32,000 nt of DNA from Archaeoglobus fulgidus DSM 4304 (GTDB taxonomy: Archaea > Halobacteriota > Archaeoglobi > Archaeoglobales > Archaeoglobaceae), in the NCBI RefSeq assembly GCF_000008665.1, contig NC_000917.1, forward strand, positions 1,770,001 through 1,802,000, in the 5' to 3' direction. Under the pieces are notes generated by a model that had not been told where the DNA came from, searched no databases, and saw only the letters and a list, made by a program, of their open reading frames with translations. Both the position numbers and the translations under genes were made by a program. This document shows positions 22,318 to 30,673 of the stretch, in pieces; position 1 is the first letter of the stretch, and each line of letters opens with the position of its first letter.

Positions 22318-24426
22318 GTGAGCTATTTGAGGATTTTAGCTAAAATTTGGATTCCGATGCTTTTCTTAGCATTGCTACATCCGGCAAGCGCTCTGAGTGA
22401 GGAAGAATTTAACAAGGTTGTTGACGCTGTTAGTTCAGTTGGAGTAGAGGTGGACACAAAGGCCTACGGGAATATCGGGTCGATCATTAACGGCCATTAC
22501 AAATATACTGGGCCCATAGCTTATGCAGGGATTACAGCAGATGTGAGTATAAAAATTCAGGATTACACAGAAATTATGAAAATATATGGATACAAAAACT
22601 ACAAAGAAATTCCTGCCAGTGGCTCCAACATCCTAAGGTCTGATCTAAATAGGGAGAAAGCCAGGTGTGATGAATACCAGAGTGGAAGTGATGACATTTT
22701 CAAGCAAATAAGCACAATCGAGGGTACAAGACAGTACTGCTATCACCTATTTGTCGATTGGCAGAACATCGATGGACAAAAATACTGGGAGGAATCACCC
22801 AGGCATGCTTTTTCTCAACTTCTCACAGTCACACCAAGAGCTGAAGTGGCAACTATAATCAATATCCATAATTTTTACACATGTGAGTCTGACTATGTTT
22901 ATACTGTTTGCGACGCTCAAACCAATGATTGCGTCGAAGTGGTTGATTCGGAAAAATACAGCAACTATGTTAAGTGCCTCGAAGACCTGAACCAGAAAAC
23001 AGCAGAATTCACAAAAACACTCAGCCTGAAAATTGAAAGTGCTGTCTTATCAGCCCTTGGTGCGGGTGAGACAGCAACGCCAACAACAACCGCAACTCCA
23101 GCCGCATCCTACACAATCCAGATTCTCTCTCCAAGTCAGGGAGCAACAGTCACATCCTTCTTCAACAAAGGCGGAGTGTGGAGCGACAAAGCGTTCATTC
23201 ACATTGTCAACATCAAGGCAAAGGTGTCGGGAGAGGGGGCGAGCAATCTCTATGCTGTGGTTATTGCACCCGACGGCATCGAGAGGAAGTTTACTATCTA
23301 CAACAACGATCTTTACGCAAGAATTGCTCCGAAGAATATTAACACGGGAAAGGGGGACATCTGGATCAAGCTCTACGGTGAGACCTCCTCAGGCATAACA
23401 CTTCTCGCCACAAAAAGCCTGACTCTCAACTTCATCAGCCCGGAAATTATTGATGGCAAAGATAACGATGGAGATGGCCTTGTTGACTGCAATGACCCAG
23501 ACATAGCAACCAGCGATGAGTGTGTTTACCAGAAAAAGCTCGAATGGGCGGAGAGTGTGATGAAAAGGCACATAGAATACATGGAGTCCCAGCCCGACAG
23601 GTCATTCTTCGAGCCCAAAATTGCCCACATAAAGAACCTCTACGAGAAATACAAGAACGACCCCGATAGAATGGTTGCTGAGATGAACAGATACATGGAC
23701 GCTCAGGTTTACCACAACCAGAAGATTAAGACAATCATCCAAATCTTTCAGGATGACCCGGACAAAGCGGAGAAGGTTGTGGAGATTGCGGAAAAGTATA
23801 AGAACGACCCTTGGCGTAGAAACTACGAGCTAAACAAGTTCGTTTATGAGAACTCCAAATCTGAAGCTGAGAGAGAAGCGGTGAAGAACGCCATTCTGAC
23901 GGGAATAATCAACCCGCCCAAATGGTTTGTTGGGGGGCAGTATGGTTCTGGCGGCGCTCTGGACTGGGCTCAGTTCGTCGCATCAAACTTCGAGCAGGTT
24001 GGAGATACTGTGAAGCTCAAAGGTGCTGAGAAAGTGAAGTTCTTCACAACTCCGGCAAAAATCTACCTCGTCGCTCAGGATGCAAAAGCGCTGATGGATC
24101 ATGCGAGACAGCTCGAAAAGATGAATCTCGACAGCAGAACAAAGGTTTCCATTGTCGTGCTCGACGGTGCAACGAAGATTGGAAAGCTGCTCGACCCGAC
24201 TGGCTACTTCGGAAACATGGCGGATGCGACGGTTGATGCCCTGATCAAGCTCAGAAAGAAAATAGAGGACAGAAACGGCGGATGGATACAAACGGATGTT
24301 GGCGTTTTGCACGAAACCAGCATTCCGGGAATCTACGAGGACTACGAGACTGGAAGGAAGTACAAGCGCATTTCAGGAGGGTGGTTTGAAAAGGACACCT
24401 GGGTGGAGGTGAAGGGCAATGTTTGA
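22318..24426 (+). CDS. Large exported protein of unknown function (about 700 aa)
   Basis: Intact ORF with GTG start 22318 or TTG 22327; signal peptide RILAKIWIPMLFLALLHPASA, T/P-rich linker ETATPTTTATPAA, one DGKDNDGDGLVDCNDPD motif, charged helical C-terminal half. Confidence 0.85.
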   Translation: MSYLRILAKIWIPMLFLALLHPASALSEEEFNKVVDAVSSVGVEVDTKAYGNIGSIINGHYKYTGPIAYAGITADVSIKIQDYTEIMKIYGYKNYKEIPASGSNILRSDLNREKARCDEYQSGSDDIFKQISTIEGTRQYCYHLFVDWQNIDGQKYWEESPRHAFSQLLTVTPRAEVATIINIHNFYTCESDYVYTVCDAQTNDCVEVVDSEKYSNYVKCLEDLNQKTAEFTKTLSLKIESAVLSALGAGETATPTTTATPAASYTIQILSPSQGATVTSFFNKGGVWSDKAFIHIVNIKAKVSGEGASNLYAVVIAPDGIERKFTIYNNDLYARIAPKNINTGKGDIWIKLYGETSSGITLLATKSLTLNFISPEIIDGKDNDGDGLVDCNDPDIATSDECVYQKKLEWAESVMKRHIEYMESQPDRSFFEPKIAHIKNLYEKYKNDPDRMVAEMNRYMDAQVYHNQKIKTIIQIFQDDPDKAEKVVEIAEKYKNDPWRRNYELNKFVYENSKSEAEREAVKNAILTGIINPPKWFVGGQYGSGGALDWAQFVASNFEQVGDTVKLKGAEKVKFFTTPAKIYLVAQDAKALMDHARQLEKMNLDSRTKVSIVVLDGATKIGKLLDPTGYFGNMADATVDALIKLRKKIEDRNGGWIQTDVGVLHETSIPGIYEDYETGRKYKRISGGWFEKDTWVEVKGNV

Positions 24427-24775
24427 GCCTTTTCTCCTTGCAGTTGAAGGGCAGGAATTTCTGACGGGCTTTCACGTCGAGGGGCCTTTGGCGGGGCTCA
24501 TCATAATCCTGATCGCTCTCCTGCTGCTCTGGATATTCAAAAAGGTGCTCAAGCTCGTGGTTGTGTTGATAGGAGCTGTTGTGGGCTACTTCGTTGGAGA
24601 AGCTGTCGAGCCATCCCTCTCGCTGGTTTTTGCCGCTGGCTTCGCAATCGTTGGGATCTGGGCTATGTCAGGGGACAAGAGCAAAAAGAAGGGAAAGAAG
24701 CAAAGGAGCATTTTGAAGGATGCAGACGACTGGGATGACGACAGCTGGGACGATGAGGGCGATTGGGATGAGTGA
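24419..24775 (+). CDS. Small membrane protein of unknown function (118 aa)
   Basis: Two TM stretches (GPLAGLIIILIALLLLWIFKKVLKLVVVLIGAVVGYFVG; LSLVFAAGFAIVGIWAM), acidic W/D tail DADDWDDDSWDDEGDWDE; overlaps the preceding stop. Confidence 0.8.
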   Translation: MFEPFLLAVEGQEFLTGFHVEGPLAGLIIILIALLLLWIFKKVLKLVVVLIGAVVGYFVGEAVEPSLSLVFAAGFAIVGIWAMSGDKSKKKGKKQRSILKDADDWDDDSWDDEGDWDE

Positions 24776-24785
24776 GGTGGTTTGA

Positions 24786-25727
24786 ATGGGAAAGCTGAAA
24801 AAGCTGTTCTTCCTGCTGCTGATTCTCTTCGGGCTATTCATAATCATAGACTGGGATGGTAACATACCCGACGACTTCATAGACGACTATCCGGGCTGGG
24901 GAGGAGGAACGAAGCACGGAGATGTTAAGGATACGTGGATTGATGCGAATGGAGACGGGCAGGGGGATGTTTACGTCGGAGATGGATACGCAGAGGTCAC
25001 TCAGCACTTTGTTATCTACGACAGAAACAGCGATGGAAAGTATGATGCGGTGCTCCTCGACCTCGACGAGAACGGGGACTTCGAGACGAGATACCTTGAC
25101 GAGAACTACGATGGCAAGACTGACCTCTGGATTACAACCTTAAACAATAAGAAGAGCTACGCATGGGATTTAGATGCCGACGGAATTCCTGACGTTTACG
25201 ACACCAACGGTGACGGCAGGATTGATGCATGGGACTTGAATGGCGATGGAGTTGTGGATGTCAGGGATGCAGACTTTGATGGAGATGCTGACATGCACGA
25301 CTACGACTTTGACGGAGTTTTTGATGAAGTATGGTCTGCCGGTGGTGACTCATCTGCCAGCTCAGGCACAGCGGGAAGCAATGTAGTCAAGATTACTCTC
25401 TCAACCCCCAACAGAATGTTTCTTGACTTCTCAAGTGGATATGGCGATGAAAACAACTTCGACATAATGCTCGAACCTTGGTGCATCGACAACGCTGCAA
25501 TTAACGGGAATTTTGCAGACATCGGCGTGATGAACCTTGAAGCCGTCACCTCTGCAAACATCCCCTCATCCGGCTACCTCCACGAAGACACCATGGAGAT
25601 AGAGATTGGACACGTTTACATCAACAAGAACTCTGATGGAAGCTACACAGCCTTCACCATCTACAGCCACCAGAAGACTGGCGATTGCGACCACGAAGTC
25701 CTTCTCGGTTACAAGAACCTCGGGTGA
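24786..25727 (+). CDS. Exported protein with repeated EF-hand-like Asp-rich (putative Ca-binding) motifs
   Basis: N-terminal TM/signal KKLFFLLLILFGLFIIIDW; about nine DxDxDG/DxNxDG-type loops (DANGDGQGDV, DRNSDGKYDAV, DENYDGKTDL, DLDADGIPDVYD, DTNGDGRIDAWD, DLNGDGVVDVRD, DADFDGDADMHD, DYDFDGVFDEV). Confidence 0.85.
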   Translation: MGKLKKLFFLLLILFGLFIIIDWDGNIPDDFIDDYPGWGGGTKHGDVKDTWIDANGDGQGDVYVGDGYAEVTQHFVIYDRNSDGKYDAVLLDLDENGDFETRYLDENYDGKTDLWITTLNNKKSYAWDLDADGIPDVYDTNGDGRIDAWDLNGDGVVDVRDADFDGDADMHDYDFDGVFDEVWSAGGDSSASSGTAGSNVVKITLSTPNRMFLDFSSGYGDENNFDIMLEPWCIDNAAINGNFADIGVMNLEAVTSANIPSSGYLHEDTMEIEIGHVYINKNSDGSYTAFTIYSHQKTGDCDHEVLLGYKNLG

Positions 25728-25731
25728 TGAG

Positions 25732-26112
25732 ATGCTGAAAAAGCTCATAATGGGATTTTTCCTCCTCATTCTCCTCGGAATTGCTGGTGTTGCGGTTATG
25801 AACTACTACTACGAAGCCAACTACGATAAGGAGCTTGTAGCCTACGATGAGGGCGTTTTCAACGACAGAGTACACTTCACCTCAGAATTGCTCGGCCCGG
25901 GAACCTACAGAATCATTGCTGGTGGAACCGGGATCGTTGAGGACATAGAAATCATAGACAGGAGCGGAAATGTTGTTGCAAAACATGAGGATACAACCAA
26001 TCTGCTCTACGGCTCCTCCAACTCCTTCGTTGTCCGAGTGAACTACGCCCCGCCAAATCCGGGAGAGGAGTATGAGGCTACCATCGAGATTTACAGGTAT
26101 GTGGAGAAGTGA
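25732..26112 (+). CDS. Membrane-anchored extracytoplasmic protein of unknown function (126 aa)
   Basis: Internal ATG at 25732: MLKKLIMGFFLLILLGIAGVAVMNYYYEANYDKELVAYDEGVF... TM anchor followed by a beta-rich domain. Confidence 0.78.
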   Translation: MLKKLIMGFFLLILLGIAGVAVMNYYYEANYDKELVAYDEGVFNDRVHFTSELLGPGTYRIIAGGTGIVEDIEIIDRSGNVVAKHEDTTNLLYGSSNSFVVRVNYAPPNPGEEYEATIEIYRYVEK

Positions 26113-26126
26113 AAGGAGGTGATAAA

Positions 26127-26819
26127 ATGAAAAAACTGATACTGCTGATGCTACTACTGCCCATTTCGCTCATAGGCTGCACTGATGAGGAGAGCAGCGT
26201 TACCGTCGGCCACACGACTGTCTACTACACCAACGTCCCCGACGCAAAGGCAGAGGTTCTGGCTGGTTATCTGCAAGAGGAGTTCGGCTTTACCTCTGAT
26301 ACTGACATTCTGCTCAGCATGAGCGGCAACGAGTACGAGGTGAGGATTCCGAGTTCCTACAGCTCCCCATCTGAAGTTGAAGAGAGCTTCAAGGTCTACT
26401 TTGCTCTTCTTGCCTCAAGGGTTAGTGAGGAGGTTTTCTTCGGCTCTCCTGTTAAGCTCGTCCTTGTCACCCACCAGAACGATGAGCTTTTTGCTGTTAA
26501 AAACCAGTACAGCTTCGAGAAGGCTGGAAGGGTCTTCGTTTACTTCAAAGGTGTTGATAGGGAGCAGGCGTTTAACCTTGCAAACTACCTTGAGAGCCTT
26601 GTCGGAGAGAACTACGACTGGGATGTAATTTTCGAGCAGTCGGAAGGAGTTTATCACGTCGTTCCCTTTGTTGGAATTAACGATGCCAGCGAGCTTACGC
26701 CAGAAATGGAAAACAGCTATCAATCAATGGCCACAGAACTCGAAGACGTTCTCGGAGGAGACGTTGTGGTTCACCTCGTCAACTTTGAGGGCTACGAGGT
26801 TGCAGCCTTTGAGGGCTGA
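26127..26819 (+). CDS. Putative lipoprotein of unknown function
   Basis: GGAGGTGAT ribosome-binding site then ATG at 26127: MKKLILLMLLLPISLIGCTDEESS (lipobox-like LIGC). Confidence 0.82.
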   Translation: MKKLILLMLLLPISLIGCTDEESSVTVGHTTVYYTNVPDAKAEVLAGYLQEEFGFTSDTDILLSMSGNEYEVRIPSSYSSPSEVEESFKVYFALLASRVSEEVFFGSPVKLVLVTHQNDELFAVKNQYSFEKAGRVFVYFKGVDREQAFNLANYLESLVGENYDWDVIFEQSEGVYHVVPFVGINDASELTPEMENSYQSMATELEDVLGGDVVVHLVNFEGYEVAAFEG

Positions 26820-26893
26820 GCGTTTGCAAACAAAAGTTGGCCCTTAAAATTTTTTTAGTAAAACAAAGTTTATATGTCAGGATAGTCTAAGCA

Positions 26894-28369
26894 GTGGCCA
26901 TGGAGAGGGAAAACTGGGCTACAAGAGCCGGTTTCGTTCTCGCCGCCATTGGCTCGGCCATAGGACTCGGAAACATCTGGAGATTCGGCTATCTTGTTTA
27001 CAAAAACGGTGGAGGGGCGTTTCTCATCCCCTACTTCGTTGCACTCTTTGTGGCGGGAATAAGCCTGATGATTCTGGAGTTTGCCATCGGCCACAGGTTC
27101 AGGGGGAGCGCTCCTGCATCAATGAGGAAGCTTGGAGGCAGAGGCTTCGAGTGGATTGGCTGGTGGGCGGTCACAGGAGGCTTGATAATCACAATGTACT
27201 ACACGGTAGTCATTGGATGGGCCATAGTTTACTTCACAAAGTCATTGACGCTGGCGTGGGGAGAGGATACGGGAGGATACTTCTTCGGCACGGTTCTGCA
27301 GCTCTCCGACAATCCATGGGATTTCGGCGGGTTTGCAACCGAAGTTCTGATTGCTACAATCATTGTGTGGGCGCTGAACTGGCTTGTCGACTTCAGGGGC
27401 ATCAGGAAGGGAATTGAGAAGGCCAACCTTTTGCTGATGCCGCTTCTCTGGCTTCTCGCCGTAATCCTTGTCATCAGAGCGGTAACTCTGCCGGGAGCGA
27501 TGGAGGGGATAGAGTGGTATCTGAAGCCCGACTTCAGCAAGCTCGGCGATTACAACATCTGGCTTGCCGCCTTCGGGCAGATATTCTTCACGCTCAGCCT
27601 CGGAATGGGCATAATGATAGCCTACGCCAGCTATCTGCCTGAAAAGAGCGATATAGCAAACAACGCCTTCATAGTCAGCCTTGCCAACTGCGCCTTCAGC
27701 TTCCTTGTCGGCTTTGCTGTCTTCGGCACTCTCGGATACATGGCCTACGCCACTCAATCGGATATAAGCGACGTGGTAGCGCAGTCGGTCGGTCTGGCTT
27801 TCGTGGTGTTTCCGAAGGCTCTGAACATGCTGCCAGCACTGAAGGTGTTCACAGCAGCGGTATTCTTCCTCGCACTGGTCGTTGCAGGGCTTTCGTCCTC
27901 CATATCACTCGTTGAGGCCGTCAGCTCGGCACTGATGGACAAGTTCGGCATGGAGAGGAGAAAGGCCGTGAACATCGTCGTTTTAGTTGGATTTCTCGGA
28001 AGCATCGTCTACACAACGAAGGCGGGCCTTTACTGGCTCGACGTCGTTGACCACTTCATCAACTACTACGGCCTTGTTCTGGTGGGGCTGCTGGAGGTCA
28101 TAGCCGCAGCGTGGCTCTTTGATTTGACAGTGCTGAAGAACCACATCAACTCTGTTTCGGAGATAAAGGTCGGTATGTGGTGGGATTTGGCAGTAAAGTT
28201 TGCAACACCGCTCATACTGGCAGTGCTGCTGATTCTCGACATCAGAGGAAACCTCACGGAGAACTACGGCGGCTATCCGACGGAAGTGCTGCTGACGGGC
28301 CTTTCTATTATAGTTCTGGGCATGATTGTGGCAGCAATACTCTCATGGAGGGATAAAAATGTCAGCTGA
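26894..28369 (+). CDS. Neurotransmitter:sodium symporter (NSS/SNF) family transporter
   Basis: WATRAGFVLAAIGSAIGLGNIWRFGYLVYKNGGGAFLIPYFVALFVAGI is the canonical TM1 of NSS proteins; about 12 TMs. Confidence 0.95.
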   Translation: MAMERENWATRAGFVLAAIGSAIGLGNIWRFGYLVYKNGGGAFLIPYFVALFVAGISLMILEFAIGHRFRGSAPASMRKLGGRGFEWIGWWAVTGGLIITMYYTVVIGWAIVYFTKSLTLAWGEDTGGYFFGTVLQLSDNPWDFGGFATEVLIATIIVWALNWLVDFRGIRKGIEKANLLLMPLLWLLAVILVIRAVTLPGAMEGIEWYLKPDFSKLGDYNIWLAAFGQIFFTLSLGMGIMIAYASYLPEKSDIANNAFIVSLANCAFSFLVGFAVFGTLGYMAYATQSDISDVVAQSVGLAFVVFPKALNMLPALKVFTAAVFFLALVVAGLSSSISLVEAVSSALMDKFGMERRKAVNIVVLVGFLGSIVYTTKAGLYWLDVVDHFINYYGLVLVGLLEVIAAAWLFDLTVLKNHINSVSEIKVGMWWDLAVKFATPLILAVLLILDIRGNLTENYGGYPTEVLLTGLSIIVLGMIVAAILSWRDKNVS

Positions 28370-28451
28370 TGCAATCGCCATGGCGGTATTCGGCTTTGCC
28401 GTGCTCTACGGTGGATTGGCGTACTTCCTCTATAGAGCAATGAAGAAGTAA
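28359..28451 (+). CDS. MetS-like small subunit of an NSS transporter (30 aa)
   Basis: Own translation MSADAIAMAVFGFAVLYGGLAYFLYRAMKK*; overlaps the transporter stop by 11 nt; single TM with basic tail. Below ORF-track threshold. Confidence 0.7.
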   Translation: MSADAIAMAVFGFAVLYGGLAYFLYRAMKK

Positions 28452-28462
28452 TTTTTTATTTT

Positions 28463-28827
28463 TTAAACAAGCTGGAGCTTCAGCCCGAATTTTCGGAAAA
28501 TCTCGAAGTCAAAGTCCCTCGTTATCAGAATTTTGTCGTTTGCTAAGGCAGAAGATGCAATCAGCAGGTCTTTTACCTTTGGAACTCTGCCCCTTTTTTA
28601 AGTTCTCTGAAAATTTTTCCTGCAAGCTTTGCAGAACTTTCTTCAAAATTCAGCTTAGGTATTTTTTCAAGAAAAATTTCTTCCCTCTCTTTTAAACTTC
28701 CACACTGGAGTTCGAAAAGAGTTATGACAGAAATGCCATAAACTGTATCTCCGTTCAACTTTTCAAGCAATCCTTTATCTCCTTTAAACAAATCAATGAT
28801 TACACAAGGATTGCATCCATTCTTCAA
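28463..28827 (-). pseudogene. VapC-like PIN-domain toxin, frameshifted
   Basis: Frame 1 ends ...IFRELKKGAEFQR* at 28573. Shifting frame in the AAAAAAGGGG run gives ...RVPKVKDLLIASSALANDKILITRDFDFEIFRKFGLKLQLV*, the missing PIN C-terminus. Span 365 nt = 3n-1. Confidence 0.75.
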
Positions 28828-29014
28828 CCTCCTTCATCTCCCTTTTTAACTTTTCAACCTCCTCCTCGCTCCTCGTCCCGAATGCAACCATTAAAAGGTC
28901 AAAATTTCCTTCCTTTTTTACCAACTCCCTGATGACTTCAGAGAAGCTCCTTTTTCCTTTAATTTTAACCAGCATCTCATACACATCATCGGAAATGCTA
29001 ATCGTTTTTGTCAT
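28793..29014 (-). CDS. VapB-type antitoxin
   Basis: [37 protein letters not shown]...; RHH-like N-terminus, overlaps the PIN-domain ORF. Confidence 0.88.
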   Translation of the reverse strand: MTKTISISDDVYEMLVKIKGKRSFSEVIRELVKKEGNFDLLMVAFGTRSEEEVEKLKREMKEVEEWMQSLCNH

Positions 29015-29093
29015 GCATGCATGTATGTTTAAAAATTAATAGGTTTTTCGACCTGCTAAATCAAAAAATTATACCTTCAAACAAAACCAAAAA

Positions 29094-30158
29094 TCACTCC
29101 TCCACACCAAAAACCGACTCGTAAAGCAGCTCCACCACGTCAAGAACCTTAACGTCAGCCTTCTTAACCTTCACAGCATCCTCAAGCATCATCAGGCAGA
29201 AGGGGCACGCCACCGCCAAAAATTCGGCAGCAACAATCCCCGCCTCGTCAATTCTCTTGAGAGAGGGCCTGAATTCCACGTCCCTCACAATGTTCCCGCC
29301 TCCAGCACCGCAGCAGAGGGAGTTCTCCCTGTTCCTCAGCATCTCAACCAGCTCAATGCCGGGAATCGCCCTCAAAACTTCTCTCGGCTCCTCGTACAGC
29401 CCGTTGTATCTGCCGAGGTAGCAAGAGTCGTGGAAAGCTACCCTCGCCTCGATGACCTTTCTGAACCTTATCCTCGCCTCCTCTATTGCCTTAAGCAGAA
29501 TTTCGGAGATGTGATAAACCTCAAGCCCGTAGTCATTTTTGAAGGTGTTGTAGCAGTGTGGCGAAATGACAATCACCTTCTTAACCCCATACTCCTCAAA
29601 AGTGGCCATGTTCTCCTCCCTGAGCAGCTCAAAAAGCCCCTCCTCCCCAACAGCCTTAACGTCATTCCCGCAGCATCCCTCCTCCCTAAGAATGGCAAAG
29701 TTAACGCCAGCAGCCTCCAGAAGCTCCCCAGCCTTCCTTGCAACATCAGCAATCCTGTCATCCACAACCCCACAGCCCGCAAAGAGGAGATACTCGAACT
29801 CTCCTTCATCTGCAAACCTGAACTTCCCCTGATGCCAACCCCTTTTCTTGGCCTTTCCCACCCCAAAGGGATTGGCGAACTTCTGAATGCTCTCCAGCAT
29901 CTCTCTGACGTCTGTCGGAACTTTACCGCTCTCAATTACCCTGCTCCTCGCCTCAACGATTAAGTCAGTAATGGGAATGCCCCTTGGACATCTGTCCTGG
30001 CAAACGTGACAGGTGGTGCAGTTCCACAGCTCCTCGCTCCAGAAGTCATCTCCACTGGAAATGTAGCGGGCAATGAGCTTCCTGATGTTCATCGCATACC
30101 GCATGCTGCAGGATGAGCTGCACACCGCGCACTGCATGCAGGCTGTGAGAGAAACCAT
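29094..30158 (-). CDS. HdrD/GlpC-like CCG-domain iron-sulfur protein (heterodisulfide reductase-related)
   Basis: CMQCAVCSSSC and CTTCHVCQDRCPRG 4Fe-4S motifs; two CCG units (GCCGND; SLCCGAGGG...CPFCLMML). Confidence 0.88.
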   Translation of the reverse strand: MVSLTACMQCAVCSSSCSMRYAMNIRKLIARYISSGDDFWSEELWNCTTCHVCQDRCPRGIPITDLIVEARSRVIESGKVPTDVREMLESIQKFANPFGVGKAKKRGWHQGKFRFADEGEFEYLLFAGCGVVDDRIADVARKAGELLEAAGVNFAILREEGCCGNDVKAVGEEGLFELLREENMATFEEYGVKKVIVISPHCYNTFKNDYGLEVYHISEILLKAIEEARIRFRKVIEARVAFHDSCYLGRYNGLYEEPREVLRAIPGIELVEMLRNRENSLCCGAGGGNIVRDVEFRPSLKRIDEAGIVAAEFLAVACPFCLMMLEDAVKVKKADVKVLDVVELLYESVFGVEE

Positions 30159-30256
30159 AGTTTAACTACACCTGCAAAATAAAACAATTTAGGTTTAACA
30201 GCCCGTTGACATTAGCTCTTTTACCTCACATTTTTAGCAACTACCAAAAAGCAACC

Positions 30257-30673
30257 TCACCTTTTCACAATCCTTTCCAGCCTTCTAACAGCCTGCCTCA
30301 AATCATCCTCGTTGTCGAAGTAAAGAGTTCTGACTGAAAAAATCCCTGCCCCCTTCAGCCTGATAACTCTCCTCTCCTCATCCACCTCAAATCCCTCTAT
30401 ATCCTTCAGGTTCGTCTTAAAGGGCCTGTAGTAAACATAATCACCCTCGATGTAGTAGTGCCTCGGCTTTCCGAGCGTAATGATGGCGTAGAGGGAAATA
30501 AAGAGGGCAAATATAGCTGCCGCAATCAGCGACTTCCCAACCTCCGCCCCTCCAGCAATCTTGTAGGCGGTGTACCCGAATCCAGCCAGAACAATAAGGA
30601 GGATGAACGCGGTCCACTTTCTCCTTGCTGCAGGATTGTTCAAAGCTCTGTATGTCCAGATCATGTCCCGCAC
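30257..30673 (-). CDS. PH-like-domain membrane protein, hypothetical
   Basis: Two TM helices ([23 protein letters not shown]; [20 protein letters not shown]) followed by [36 protein letters not shown]. Start overlaps the ahcY end. Confidence 0.7.
   Translation of the reverse strand: MRDMIWTYRALNNPAARRKWTAFILLIVLAGFGYTAYKIAGGAEVGKSLIAAAIFALFISLYAIITLGKPRHYYIEGDYVYYRPFKTNLKDIEGFEVDEERRVIRLKGAGIFSVRTLYFDNEDDLRQAVRRLERIVKR

Noticed and set aside
24786-25400. Interpretation of the Asp-rich repeats as a true cellulosome dockerin
   Set aside because: A dockerin has two EF-like repeats; here there are about nine tandem loops, and no cohesin-like partner was recognised.
22318-26819. Idea that the exported cassette is a provirus or integrative element
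   Set aside because: No integrase, replication protein, terminase, attachment-site-like repeat or tRNA disruption seen; flanked by ordinary FKBP and transporter genes.
27229-28257. Minus-strand ORFs antisense to the NSS transporter
   Set aside because: Coding evidence for the plus-strand transporter is decisive; antisense products lack domain character.
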